From assembly GCA_964016885.1 (NCBI GenBank), contig OZ024740.1:1178001-1242000 (forward strand): DNA of 64,000 bases, written 5' to 3'. Source of the stretch: Eledone cirrhosa (lineage: Eukaryota). Below, in pieces: positions 27,100 to 40,715 of this stretch; the first letter of the stretch is position 1; the number at the start of each line of letters is the position of its first letter. Below the pieces are notes generated by a model that saw nothing but the letters and a program-made list of their open reading frames with translations, was not told the DNA's origin and searched no databases. The translations under genes and the position numbers were made by a program.

Positions 27100-29115
27100 A
27101 GTCACCAGATACCACTAAATGGCTTTTTGCAATCTCGAACATCTTTGAAGCTCCTGTCAAGGCATTGAAAGATATTCTTATGTCCCATACCTATCTCATC
27201 AATGATTAACAGGTCATCTTGCTGCATAAGTTTACCTGTGTCATCCCTCTTTGTGAAGAAGCAAGTTGATTCAGCAGTCATATTGAGAGGAATCGTGCAC
27301 TTGGAATGAAGAGGTCTCCGTTTGTGAAGCAAAGTGGCTGCTATTACAGATATGGCAGTGGCAAGTGCAATTATTTTTTACATTGTAGGTAATCGATTAG
27401 GATGTTTATGACCTGTACCTGCACTTGCATTCAAGCAGAAAATTCTGCCTTCATTTTCATTTACAGAGGTAATTACTTTGTGAAAAAGAACCAGTTGCTG
27501 AGGATTCAATGTTGGCAGAAGTTGATTTATTTGTTTGCATGGACATGAATTGCTCATGACGTTCATGCATGATATCCTCTGCAAGACAATTCTTCCATTT
27601 CTCCCAGAACTGCAGAGGGTCATTTGGCATGCAGTGCAATAAAATGGTGCAGAAGATCTGTGGCAGACTAAGTTAATTTTTATATGAAGTTTACCCAGCC
27701 TTGTGATGTATGATCATTCTGAGGTAATATAATTCAGATTGATGTCTTCTGAGAATGCGTCCAAGAGATTCACTCATAAATTGTTGATCACCATCCAGAT
27801 GTCCCTTTTTTTTCTTTGCCACTTTTTGTTTGTCCAAGTGAAATATTTAGGAATATCAATATACAATATATCTTGTTCCAGCGGGTCTCTAATATTCAGT
27901 TGAAAATATTCCGTGAACTTAGTCATTGGCTGTCCCCTAGAAAGAACTTTCTTCCTGCCCTTGCTCAAACACGACCATTTGTTCCCCAGGTAAATGGCAA
28001 GGCAACTTTCCAGAATGCTTCACTGGCTGAGATGTACCGTGCATTGATATATGTCTCAATTTCATTTCGAGCATGGACACAATTTCCTTGATCATTCTTA
28101 ATAGTGAAAGTGATTTTGTCTGATCCTTTTGTAATGTACTTTAAGTAGTTAACAGCCTTGACACTGTAGACAACCTCACAATTGACCATGCTGTCTACCC
28201 CTTCTTCTATACTTTTAAAAGGAACTTTTGACAACAAATGCGGTTCGAGCATTGTTATTGTTGTCCTAGCCCTTCCTTTCATGAGCACATCATATTAACT
28301 TGTCCACATGGGCCATGAATGTTGCAAGATGGGGATGATCTTCTGTAGAATTGGAATCTCACAGTACACTACCTGATCAATGTCATCAGCAGTTTTGTGC
28401 TTACTATCTTCAGCCATTATCAGCAGAATATGAGCATGAGTGGGGCCTCGTTTCTGCCACTCTATTGTAGCAGAACGAGCAACAACTTTTCCTAGGACAT
28501 TTTCTTTTTCAGTATGTCACCCATGAGGCTGTCATACTTGATCTTGAAGAATCTTGCACAAATATCAGGACGGTCTCTAGGTTCTTGACTAGGGTGCAAA
28601 CTATTTTTTATTTCATCCCAGTTAGAGTTAGTTGTTACCGTGATGAAATAAGACAACTTTCCCATGTGTCGAACCACAGTCATCGAATTCTGAAAGCACT
28701 CACTGTAGAAGCGAGGGGGAACCATAGATTGAAGGTGGAAGAACAATTCTCCGGCCTTCATTTACTGAATCTCCTTCAGCCTCAGCATCATAGAAACCCT
28801 CATACTTTTCAGCTCGCATCACGGTTCGATTGTTACGGCCATTTTGAGGTGACAACATTGTATTTTTCCCTGGGCATCTACAGCATATTGCTGCATCAGC
28901 CACCTGCTCTTCACGACAACGTTACAGTCACCTTGCCTAACCTGAAACCGATAACCAGTGGGTGTGAGTGTGTGGTTGTTGTCAATCCTTTTCAAACCAA
29001 CCCGAAACCCATCATTCCCACAAGGAAACAGTAGCACAGGACAATATTCACATTTTCAGAGACTGGCATTTCAATGACTGCCTTGAAGCTTCTTATATGA
29101 TAAATGTTACCTATG
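27100..29115 (-). mobile_element. Helitron RepHel pseudogene (Rep and helicase N-terminal part)
   Basis: LPPS..GSPR, FITVTTNSNWDEI, DRPDICARFF, IEWQKRGPTHAHILL (HUH motif), YLKYITKGSD, RYISASEAFW, LNASAGTG, LLIIDEIGM. Confidence 0.9.
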
Positions 29116-29317
29116 ATCTTAAATGTGGGACTAAACCCTGGCTTTCTCACCCCACCCCCCGTCTCTCTCCCATACACTGACATAAGATCATATAATTCAG
29201 CATTGTGGCTCTCTGTAAAATGTGAAAAGAAAGGCAAGGTTTTAACTGACATATAATTAGATGTATGTATTTATGCCATGTGCGTTAATTTATATACGCA
29301 CAATAGTCAGTCTCCTG

Positions 29318-29645
29318 ATCTGTTACAAACACAATTCTCAGGGCGAAACAGATTAAATCTCTAATCTGTCCGGGAGATGAAATAGTTATTGAAACGGTGT
29401 GTACATTTTACTCTATCCTGTATTTTCCGTTTGCTTGCACGAGGTGAAATATTCATTCGTGTAGCTTTTAGTTTTAGGTGTTTGTCACATTTTATCTTAT
29501 CTCTCGCTGATGACGCCTACGGATTATCTGTTACAAACACAATTCTCAGGGCGAAACAGATTAAATCTCTAATCTGTCTGGGAGATGAAATAGTTATTGA
29601 AACGATCTGTACATTTTACTCTTTATCCTGTATTTTCCGTATGCT
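29318..29645 (+). repeat. 208-bp tandem repeat (~1.6 units) carrying a hammerhead ribozyme
   Basis: ATCTGTTACAAACAC at 29318 and 29526. Confidence 0.85.
29499..29586 (+). ncRNA. Type I hammerhead ribozyme
   Basis: Stem I ATCTCTCG/TGGGAGAT; CTGATGA plus an extra C; stem II GCCT/GGGC; GAAA; stem III ACAGATTA/TAATCTGT; GUC site at 29578. Confidence 0.8.
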
Positions 29646-29877
29646 TCAGGTTAAATCTGTCAAACCAACATATATATATATATATATATATGCGCTCAAC
29701 CAACTGTGACGCCTAAATCAATCAGCTTTAGTAATCCAGTGAAACTACACACCGATTGGTCGAAATACAGTTTTCAAGATTTAGCATTCTGGAGCCACTT
29801 TTCACAGTATATAAGGCACAAAATTTACCCATCTCATTACAGTTGAAAATTGCAAACTTGACTGTCACCACACATTA

Positions 29878-29916
29878 TGAACCTGAAGATTGCGAAAGAA
29901 TGAAAGTACTTGTTCA
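29878..29916 (+). ncRNA. Minimal type I hammerhead ribozyme (weak stem II)
   Basis: TGAAC-CTGAAGA-TTGCGAAAGAAT-GAAA-GTAC-TT-GTTCA; palindromic stem III AGTACT. Confidence 0.6.
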
Positions 29917-30074
29917 ATTAACACTTAACATTTAATATTCTACCATACTATTTCATTCTAATACTATTATACATTTTAAAGGATTGTAAATAAAAAGAGT
30001 AAATCAAAATTGGAATTCCTTTTATTAATATAATCTTCTATACATAATCATACACACCCGTGTATATCTATCTA

Positions 30075-30124
<50 letters not shown>

Positions 30125-30449
30125 TATTGTCCTGGGTATGACATTAAACTACACCCAGTGACAAGGCTCCATTTCGGGAGTTCATTAGCTGTGGGGAATG
30201 TGGAGTTACCCCTTAGTTGTTATAACTCCCAGGTCTGCTCTGGCCCGGAGCAGTGTTACCTGTTAGGGCCCCATTTATGGGTGAAATAATAAAAGAACCA
30301 TGTAGTCGATTTAACAGCACTAAGGTTGTCAAGGCTTATGGGCACTCTGAATGTGAGGACAATTCTGACACTGAGAAATACTTCTCTGGAACTAAGAAGA
30401 CCCCGCCCCAAAAAGAGGCCCGACCCAGTGGTGCCAAACCAAAAGGTAT

Positions 30450-30514
<65 letters not shown>

Positions 30515-31661
30515 TTCTTAATGTTAAAAGAAAAGCAAGCTTTGAAGTGACAAATAATTAGATACATTGATACGACGCGTCGTCCTCATATCATGTATCT
30601 GTATGGCTGTCTGTCTGAACTTTCTAAATAAAACACACCCAACAAAGAGAACCAAATAGTTAAATTATAGAGTAGCCTAACTTGAGATTTTAATTTTTTC
30701 CATTTTTTTCATACACAAAAATACAGATCCATAAACATTTATGTGTGTGGATCTATGTATATAGATAGGTAGATGGACAAGGGTGTCCTCACATAGGAGG
30801 TTTCCCGGTTGTTGTAATGATAGACTCCAGTTCTATCCCGAAAAACTTGAAATGAAGCAACTGGCTTATTAATACAATGTGCTGCCAGACCTAGGGTTTG
30901 ATGTTATGTTTATGAGTGCAGCACACTAACCATTGAAGCCCCACCATCACATACTGAACCTACATTAGAACACTACCACACACTACAGCACTACCAGACA
31001 CTATAACACCGCCATACTACACTACCACCATCACACTATATCACCACCAACACCACCATTCTATATATTCAGATATATCATATCTACCCCACCTTTAACT
31101 CTGGCCCTTTATAACCCCTAAAATCTCTATTTCAGATATATCGTCATTCCTACGTTACCTCTAAATATGTAACTGCTTCACCACGGCCGTTGTTGTCCCT
31201 AATGAAGGACTGGGCTCTGCTACGCAACAGCAATGTACCAGATGGTTTTGAGAAATACTTCCCTGGAGCTAAGGAGACCCTGCCACGAAAAGAGGCCCGA
31301 CCCAGTGGTGCCAAACCATAAGGTATACTTAATCTCTCTCTCTCTCTTCTAGACACTTCTATAAGGTCATATAATTGAACAGTGTGTCATTTCTAAAATG
31401 TGAAAAGAAAGGCAATGTTTTAAGTGACATAATTAGAAAGATATAGATACAACGCCGCACACTCACACACAGTTTTATATATATAGATATGTCTCCTCAT
31501 TTTTGCAAAGTCTATACAAATCCACATTTCTACTCTGATTGGCTTCAAACTTGCATTTATATATTCCTTGTGGTCTAAAGATATTAACTGCAGCTTTTAT
31601 TTTTCAATTTTCTGTTTTTAAAGAGGTGTTAGGCACCAGTTATCGATCTCCATCGTGCCCT

Positions 31662-31765
31662 TATAATTGTTTCTACTTTAGGCACAAGGCCAGCAATTAC
31701 CCAGTACATTACTGGTACTTTATTTTAACGACCCCGTAAGGATGAAAGGCAAAGTTAACCTCTGG
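31662..31765 (-). mobile_element. Nin/Deu-core SINE fragment
   Basis: Reverse complement of TTGCCTTTCATCCTTACGGGGTCG..AAATAAAGTACCAG. Confidence 0.8.
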
Positions 31766-31851
31766 CTGTCTGCATAACGACATTGTGATCCATACGTCAG
31801 CAATGACGTTAATCTTCGCCACATTCACACACACACGCGCATGCGCAGATA

Positions 31852-31979
<128 letters not shown>

Positions 31980-32324
31980 TGTGAGTTTCAGAAGATCCCG
32001 TTAAGGGTGAAAGCAGCGATTCTTTGCTTAAACTTTAATCTGTTATTTTAATAAATATATATATATATCATAATTGAATATAAAAGAAAAACGAACACAG
32101 ATATATACATGTGTTCAAATAGTAAGGCATGAGATTCGCTAAGGTGAAAATAATACTAACTATAGACAATTTAAGAATAAATCAATAAAATAAATACAAA
32201 CTTGGCTGCTATCTTTAGTGGTGTGAGTTTGTGAGACACGCTAAGTTCAGATACCATGTGAGTTATATATACGCACACTATTCAGTTTTTTAATATACTT
32301 AGAAATGTCCATGATAATAATTCT

Positions 32325-32404
32325 TCATCCACTGATGAGCAAGAATTGGTATTCCTCTTCACAATTAATTTTGCGAAACAGCATTACCAAAGGTGTCTGG
32401 GTGA
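32325..32404 (+). ncRNA. Type I hammerhead ribozyme
   Basis: Stem I TCATCCA/TGGGTGA; CTGATGA; stem II GCAAGAATTGGT...ATTAATTTTGC; GAAAC...GTC, site at 32397. Confidence 0.8.
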
Positions 32405-32529
32405 TTGGTACTTACCACAATTCCGGTTTGTATTTCTTTTCTTGATTTATTCTTAAATTGAGTCTGGCAAACCCTATTGTCTCTAGTTAGTATTCTTTTC
32501 ACCTTAGCGAAGCTGAACCCCCCCCCCCC

Positions 32530-33500
32530 CCGGTGGTCAAACGGATCGGTCCCACCCGTGACAGCAGTCGTTCGACATAGCCCCACAGATAGGCAATGCC
32601 CGAGCACTGTACAATGCGTGTGCAACTGTTTCCTCGTCGCACCCGCATCTGGGACAGATCTTTTTCGAGGGGTCTCTACCAGGGCGCCCGTGTCTGTAGA
32701 GCCTTTCTCGAACGGGCAGAGCCCCTCGGTGGCACTGCCAGGCCAGGGATCTCTGGAAGTTATCCATAGGTCCCGGGCTGAATGTCCTATCGAACAGGTT
32801 GGCCAGTTCGTTTTCCTCCATGCCTAGGGCTTCTCCGAGGGTGTTGCCGCACCTGCTAACCACCTCTATAGAATGACGAGTTGGATTCTCCACTGACAGC
32901 CGGGTCCGCCTGCCAGAGAGCCGTGAGCGCCTGGGCACACTCGGTGTGCCAGGCGCCCAATTTTCTCGGTCTTTGCTTGACCCAGGATTGCAGCTCGGTG
33001 AGCGAGACGAGTCTGGGAAAGGCTCGCCTCACAAACGGGGCCCACACCGGTTGACCGGTGATGAATACCTGGAGGTGCCGTAGCCTTAATGCGTGTTTAC
33101 GCATCACCAGCCACGGCATCTCAGCCCTCCTTTCGAAGGGTGTTGACAGCAGATGGATCTCCTCACCATAGGAGCCCGCTTCTTCCAAAGGAATTGGAAG
33201 AGTGTGCGCTCCATTTTGGAGAGCGTTTCCCTTGGGCAAGGCACGACGGTCAGGCGGTAGTAGATGACGGACGCTATGTGTTCGCCACCTCCGCCCGACG
33301 ACGCCATTAACAACTCCAACTTCTGCAGCAGTGGCTCTAGTTATTACATACAGAAGGGAGGAGAGAGGGCACCCTTGTCGGATGGACCGCGCGATTTCGA
33401 ACGGCTCCGAGAGGTAGCCGTTCACCTTGACAAGAGCAGAAGTGCGTGCCTGCCTGCCTGCCTTAAGTCGTCCATGTTGTGGCTCCAGGTGAAGAGTTTG
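32530..33500 (-). mobile_element. Tx1/L1-clade LINE ORF2 fragment, internally deleted
   Basis: VKVNGYLSEPFEIARSIRQGCPLS, LFQFLWK...SKGGL, ALPVRERL...CPRCG..EETVAH (zf-RVT); GC-rich. Confidence 0.85.
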
Positions 33501-33519
33501 TACCTGAGCACAAATATGC

Positions 33520-34616
33520 GTGCTCATTTGCATGGTGACATGTCTGCAGCATTTGGTCAGAATATTTTAGCACTTTGTGAGGGCAAGGTCCCTGCGGATG
33601 ACAAAGGCGGAATAGCAATCGACTCCCTGTGCAACATTGTGAGCAGCCCTTCTGACCTTTTGGAAGCAGTTTTTCCTAATGTCTCATCTAACTTTAAAAA
33701 CCTCGATTAGCTCAGCGAAAGAGCCATCCTTGCTCGGAAAAATACCATGGTTAATTTTATTAACGAGCAGCTGATTGAGAAGATTCCCGCTAAAGAACAC
33801 GTCTTCAAATCTATCGACCTGGCGTCAGACCCCGACGATATCGTTAATTATCCGGTTGAGTTATTAAATTCCCTTGAGCCCCCAGGGCTCCCACCTCTTA
33901 TTCTTAAGCTTAGGCTGTCCCATTATGCTAATAAGGAACTTGCGTCCACCAAAGCAGTGCAACGGTACTCGCATGGTCGTCAAGTCAGTGACGCTCCACT
34001 TGATTGAGGCCACCATTGTAACGGGGTGCTGGAGAGGGGAGAATGTTTTCATTCCAAGGCTGAACCTTTGCCCCTCGGCGTCAGATATCCCGTTCGATTT
34101 CCGGCGATCCCAATTCCCGGTGAGACCATTTTTTTTTTCCAAGTCCATTAACAAGTCACAAGGGCAAACATTGTTGGTGGCGGTCATCCATTTGGGGGAG
34201 CCATGCTTCTCCCATGGCCAACTTTATGTTGCCAGTTTCCGCGTATGGAGCAGGAATGGACTTTTTGCTTACACTCCTCAAGGGATGACACGCAATATCG
34301 TCTACAATGAAGTGCTATAGATGTTTGAGTTATGCCGTCTGGAAAACTGGTTGGGTCACCCATAGCGGACAGATCTGACACGCAGCGGCATCAGGGCCAC
34401 CATCTTGCAACTTTGTTCTACTAAATTCGCTATTGGAAGATTATTAAGCCATCATTGATTGTCCAAAATGCTAATTGGTTTGTAACTATTAATAACCGGT
34501 TCAACTGCTTTATGCACTTAATTGATAAGATTATGCGCTTTCAAGCTACGTTTACCTGTATGTAACTTTTCATAGCAAATGAACAAACCCGAGTAACGCC
34601 GGGCTAAACTGCTAGT
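33520..34616 (+). mobile_element. Helitron 3' part: PIF1-type helicase C-terminus plus terminal hairpin/CTAG
   Basis: RAILA..N..V..IN, LNSLEPPGLPP, GCPIMLIRNL, CNGTR, QFPVR, SINKSQGQTL, FSHGQLYVA; end CCCGAGTAACGCCGGGCTAAACTGCTAGT. Confidence 0.9.
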
Positions 34617-36269
34617 TATCAATAATGTTATATCTCGCAATAGCAATACTCGATAACGAGGGCGCAGTCATTATGTATGGTGTTGTGATTTTTATGTACA
34701 GTATATTATTATTAGATGGGTAACGTGCCTGCAGTAATCGGTAGAGCGTCCTCTCAAAATGTTTGCATTTTGCCCAAAGCAGAAACAATTATTATTGTTG
34801 TTTGTAGTATTAGTAGTAGTATTCATTCTATTTTGTGTTCCACGTGGTTGATATTTCATCACCACAACACCACCACACCACTACACCACCACGCCACCAC
34901 ACCAACACACACCACCAACACACCACTACACCAACACTGTCGCCACCAGTTGGGCTACGTAGTCAAAGTGAAGGAAATAGAATTGGTGAAAGATAGACAT
35001 ACTGATAGAAAGATATATGTATATATAGAGAGAGAGGAGGGGGTAGATAGAAAGACACAGTTATAGAGATACAGACAATTACGCGTGTTGTTGTTTCTTT
35101 GATTCCGATAATACACATGTGTATCTAACAGTGATGATATGTCATATAGATTATTGAGAGGAAATGAATATTTACAAAGAAAAGCTGAAATATAATTTAA
35201 AAAAAATTAACGAATATTTATTTTTTATCTTTTGGAGTCAGTCAACATTTACCGCCATGTTCTTTGTTCTTTGTTAACAATAAAAGAATCTAATTTCTGA
35301 CATACACCCTACTTCCGATCTTTAACCGCAGCCATTATATCAGAATGTATCTGTGCGTATGTCAAACTGAGTGCATGTGTATGGGTAGGTGTATATATAA
35401 AAATGTGTGTGTGAGTTGGTCCCAGGTTCAATCTGGGGTAACCACAGTAAGGTACTCAATACATAGCAGAGTATAAATATTGAATCTAGAAATGTCTTCT
35501 GCAGGAGTAGAACTGTATATTATATATATAATTTGTCTGGTATATATAGATGAATGTTTGATGCTGAATCTCCCCGAGAATCACGCTCTAAGTGTTTATA
35601 TTTATCTAAAAACCTTTATGTCCCAAACACTCTTTTCGGCTGAGTATTTTACAGCTGACAATGTAGCGACAGCCAGTTTTGGAGCATGGCGTTGGATGGC
35701 ACAACTATGCGAAGTGACCAGTGATATCATTATGAGGAGGAAGAGGCCAGTTTGCCGCACCGAATCCTTCTCACAGCGGCACCCCAATTTCGGAGCCGGG
35801 CCCTCTCCCCGCGATGGATACTTCTCAATACGAAAGACGACCGTGGCAGCCTGGGACTAGATTGCACTGTTATGAGAAGTGACAGTCCAGTTGGCCGCTC
35901 GAAACCCCTTTCACAGCGGCAGCACAGTATCGGATGCAAGTACTGTGAATTGGATGGACACTTCTCAATACAAAACGTGCTAACGTGTGACTTGACAATG
36001 ATGAGAAACCGGAACCAGACATTGTGAAGGACTGTTTGAGGGGAGGGATGTATGTATACGGTCATTAAAACACACGCACGCACGTATATAATTCTCCTGA
36101 ATGAAACAGTTATAGTCATGTAGAAGTCATTACTATATTAAATATTTATACTCTGTTATGAATTGAGTACCTTACTTACTGTTGTTAGCTGTGATTGAAC
36201 TCGGAATAAACTTTACACATTTTTGGAAACACCCTGTATATATATATATCATTTGAGATGTAAATATCA

Positions 36270-37340
36270 CATACTTAAGAGAGATAGATGTTAGAACTCG
36301 AAAACTTGTCAGTGTTACTGGGAAGTTTGGTGATGTGGATAGGCTGTACTTGTCATGCAAGGAAGGTGGCCGGGGTCTAAAATCCATATTAACATCATAT
36401 GACACCCGGATAGTAACACTGAAGCAACATCTTTAACAGAGGAAAAGTTTTATGGCCCAGGTTTATGAGCATGAAAAAGAAAATATCATTAGGATAGCCA
36501 CTGATCTGGAGGAGAGATGGAATAAAGCCTGATATAAATCTCTCACCCAGAGAAATCGGAAGATCCTATTCACTGTTCAAAGAAGATGAAAAAATTGACC
36601 AATTTACAGAAAAAGTTGTGCACGTATACTTGAGACGTAAAACACAGACCATAGAGGTGATAAACCACTCAAAAAGCCTGGCATGGAGTTCCGACAAGTT
36701 TATGACATGACACCTTGAGGGATATCTCTATGCAATACAGGAACAAGAACTCCCTACCAAATATCTGCTGCACAAAAGAGGAGGGCCATCAGCTGACAAT
36801 AAATGTAGGCTTATGTAAAACAAAGATTGAAGATGTAAGCGACATTGTTGCCAGCTGCGAAAGAATGTCATCTCGCTACTACCTCCCCATGAGACACGAT
36901 GGGATAGCTAGAACGATCTGGAACGCAAACGAGGAAGAATATATCGAGACAGATTGCACTAAGGAATACTGGTGGAACCTGAAAATAAAAACTGCCACCA
37001 AATTAAAGCACAACCGGCCTGATATTGTTGTTTGGGACCACCCATTGAAAACGTGTTGTGGAGATCAGTTGCCCACTTGATGTAAACGTTGTCAGAAAAA
37101 TACAGGAGGAGGACATCTCCGGACCATTGATGAGGAGTTTACAAATCCAGTATCCAAAATACACCTTTAGCTTCATACCCATCATTATTGGAGCTACGGG
37201 TTATATACCAACCCGCTTGGACCAAAGTATGACTGAACTTGGATTTGCTGACAAAGAGCGCAGCTCCCTTCCCTAATTCATAGTCTACAAGTGGCTGCGA
37301 TAGTTGGCACCTTCAAAATTTGCAAAACATTCTTGCGATT
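36270..37340 (+). mobile_element. R4/Dong-like non-LTR element C-terminus (CCHC plus restriction-like endonuclease)
   Basis: DRLYLSCKEGGRGL, AIQEQ, CRLC...IVASC...RHD, HNRPDIVVWD, EISCP, PIIIGATG. Confidence 0.8.
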
Positions 37341-38300
37341 CAAGGGATGACAATTTCTTTTCTTTTACAACCTTGCCACCAGGAAGGTGACCGGTCAAAA
37401 AATATATTCGAAATTAAGAGAAAGAGATCACCTACATGTATGTGTGTATGTATGTATGTGTGTGTGTGTGTGTGTATGTATGTATTTGTATATATATATT
37501 TATTTATTTATTTCATTATATTTGTTCCACTCCACGTGGTTTATATTTCACCACCACACCGCCATCAAACGACCACACCGCCATCAAACCACCACACCAA
37601 CAACACTCGCCACCACCGCCATCATTTGAACTACGTTGTCAAACCCGACATGACAAGAAAATGAAATACATGCTATGTGGTAAAGTCAGAGTTTCAAGAG
37701 TTTGACAAAATGAGATGTTTTGATTGGTGAGAAGGATGAAGGCGATGTACTGGCCTGTAGTGTATATGGGGGTGGGTGTGATGGTGAGATGTTGGTGACG
37801 GTCTGTGGATGAGGTGGGCTGTGGTGTGGTGGTGGTGGGTTGGTATTTAGTGGGATGGGCTGTGGTGTGAGGTTAGTGGACTGTCTGTAGACGGGTTGGG
37901 GTGTGGTAGTGGCGCCTTTGTCTATGGTAGCGGCGTTTTTGGTGGTGTGGTGGATGTATTGGTGGCGTCAGGTATTTACATAGATACATAGACGCTCTTC
38001 GTCTGACAGATACCTTGTATATACGTATACGTACACACATATATGTATATATGTGCACATATATTGTTGTATAAACACACACAACATAAGACACATACGC
38101 ACATCCTTGCCCACACATATCGGCATACGCTCACACACAGCCATATGTATATGTACACACATGTATGTGCATGCGCGCATGCGGACACGAATATGAAGAG
38201 TGGTGGAGTATCGGTCGGGGTGGCGAACGACAGAGATGGGGGAAGGACTCACACTCATGTATGCAAGATATACACATACACACTCCCACACACGTATACT

Positions 38301-38353
<53 letters not shown>

Positions 38354-38487
38354 GTACCGACAACACACACATACACGCACATATATACATACATGCACAT
38401 ATATGAGCTCACCTACACATAGTCAGATTTACCCATATACATATATGTAGACGTACACACACACATAGACATATGTATATACATGTG

Positions 38488-38537
<50 letters not shown>

Positions 38538-38906
38538 GATAAATTTGCGTACACGCACGCACACTTAAAACGCCCGTATGAGTAAAATACTTACACACAG
38601 ACACACACACTATTGTTGGTTGGGGAGTGGAGGTATGTTTTGTCGGTGTTGGTGAAGTATGGAGTTGTTTTGTGGTGGTGGTGGTGGAGTTGTGAGGGAC
38701 AAAAATATATATACCGGATCGAATACCGGTTAAAAGGTGAGATAGGGAACGCGGGGGGAAAAGCGTTTATGGACGTACGGCGATGTGTGTTGTGGACATG
38801 GTGATGGTGGTGGTGGTGGTGCTGGGGTGATATGTTCGGCAAGATGATTACATGATCAGAGGTTACGGTGTGTTATATGGTAGGCAGACGGGGGGTGGGG
38901 GGTATA

Positions 38907-39092
38907 TAATTGTTTCTACTTTAGGCACAAGGCCAGCAAATAGCCAGTGTATTACTGGTACTTTATTTTATCGACCCCCGTAAGGATGAAAGGCAAAGTC
39001 AACCTAGGCGGGATTTGAACTCAGATCGTAAAGGGACGTAACTATGCTTGAAAGCATGGCGTCCGACCCTCTACCGATACTGCCAATCCCCC
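38907..39092 (-). mobile_element. tRNA-derived Nin/Deu-core SINE
   Basis: A box TGGCAGTATCGG, B box GAGTTCAAATCC, Nin-like core. Confidence 0.85.
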
Positions 39093-39369
39093 ACCGTGGA
39101 GGGTATATAATACAGTCGATTTGGGATCGAGGGATATGTGTTGATGATGATTGTGGTTGTGTGTGCGTGCGACAGTACAGTTACAGGATCGAATTTAACG
39201 TGGGGTTGCAAGTTAGGGTAGATAGAGGGAACATGGGGGGATGAGGATGTAGGCGTGTATGGTATGCACATGACGATGTGTGGTGTGGTGGAGATGGTGT
39301 GATATGATCGACATTGTATTTACAAGGTCTCTTGTCATTGTGGATTGCAAGGTAGAACGTATCATATGG

Positions 39370-39401
<32 letters not shown>

Positions 39402-40118
39402 TAAGGATGTCTGTATGAGTTTGAATCCCTAAACCTCGAGAAGCACCCAACCGACTGTTTTCAAACTTTACACCCGCGCCCTTATAATATGTCTGTATGT
39501 CTAGCTGTCTGCATCGCACTCGGCGCGTCAATGTATGCCTGTTAAATGGGCCGCAAACGCATTGATTCATTGTAAAGGCTACCAGTGGAAGCAACCGTAA
39601 CACCCTCCAAATGTGAGAGAACGCAGTGAAAGTCACTATTAAGAGAACGTTCACATGGCCCTTTTTATGGCCACCACTTGAAATTGTTGATTGTTACCCG
39701 TAGTTACTGGAGTGTCAGTGAACGGCTTACAAATCCATTATAAGGGCCCTTGAAATAACTGATGGCGACCCTTTGGTTTGGGGCGGCGAGTGAACACGCA
39801 CACGCCTCAAGGCCCATTTTATTGCACCACTCCTCTGTAAAATTGTTAAATTATACCCACTGTTTGGTAAACGTTTGTGAAGGTGCGGTGGACTGGTTCG
39901 AGAAGGCTCCATATGCTGTCCGATTGCACGTCATGCCTTGCTCAAGCATTGCAGACTTCCCTCTGACTCCTGTCACTTTATTAAAGTACAAAAGCACTCA
40001 GCCGATTTTCTTCACGTGGAAGGAAAAGCATACCTAATACTAATTGCATCAGAGCATTCGGTTTATTTTCTTTACATGTCCAGGCATGCAGTTTTTCCAC
40101 GATTAGGTCAAAATAACT

Positions 40119-40150
40119 TATCCCGTGCAACGCCGGGTACCACTGCTAGT
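40119..40150 (+). mobile_element. Helitron 3' terminus
   Basis: CCCGTGCAACGCCGGGTACCACTGCTAGT. Confidence 0.75.
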
Positions 40151-40540
40151 ATTATATATATATATATATATATGTATATTGTTTTACTCTTTTACTTGTC
40201 CCAGCCATTTTGCTGAGGTCATGCTGGGGTACCGCCTTTAATATATTTTTCTATATATCTACACACACACACACACATATATATATCAATAAAGACGTAT
40301 CCATGAAAGGCAAATCTTATCGGTTGGAAAACAAAATAAACTTTTGTATTTTATTTGATGAAAGTGCACCAAGCTTGTCTTGGTTGGCCTTGAAATATAT
40401 ATAATAAAATAAATATGGTTTTATAAATAGTTTCCATTTATTTAATATCACGAAATATTTACTCCAGTAAATTGTTGAGTGCTCTAAATCAGTTATAAAC
40501 ATTTGTTTGTCGGACTTCCAACAAATTAAATACAACTTCT

Positions 40541-40584
<44 letters not shown>

Positions 40585-40674
40585 CGGAGTTGTGTTAAGG
40601 AACCAGATGGACCATAATGCACCAGAGATAGCCGTCGAAACGGCTTGAGCTCTGCCGTCGGGGTCATACATCTT

Positions 40675-40715
<41 letters not shown>

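Noticed and set aside
30568-30600. Minus-strand GATAC...ACGCGTC-GTATC hammerhead-like remnant
   Set aside because: Both core boxes are corrupted; indistinguishable from a chance palindrome
39657-39677. Histone 3' stem-loop-like GGCCCTTTTTATGGCCACCAC
   Set aside because: Stem mismatch and no histone ORF upstream
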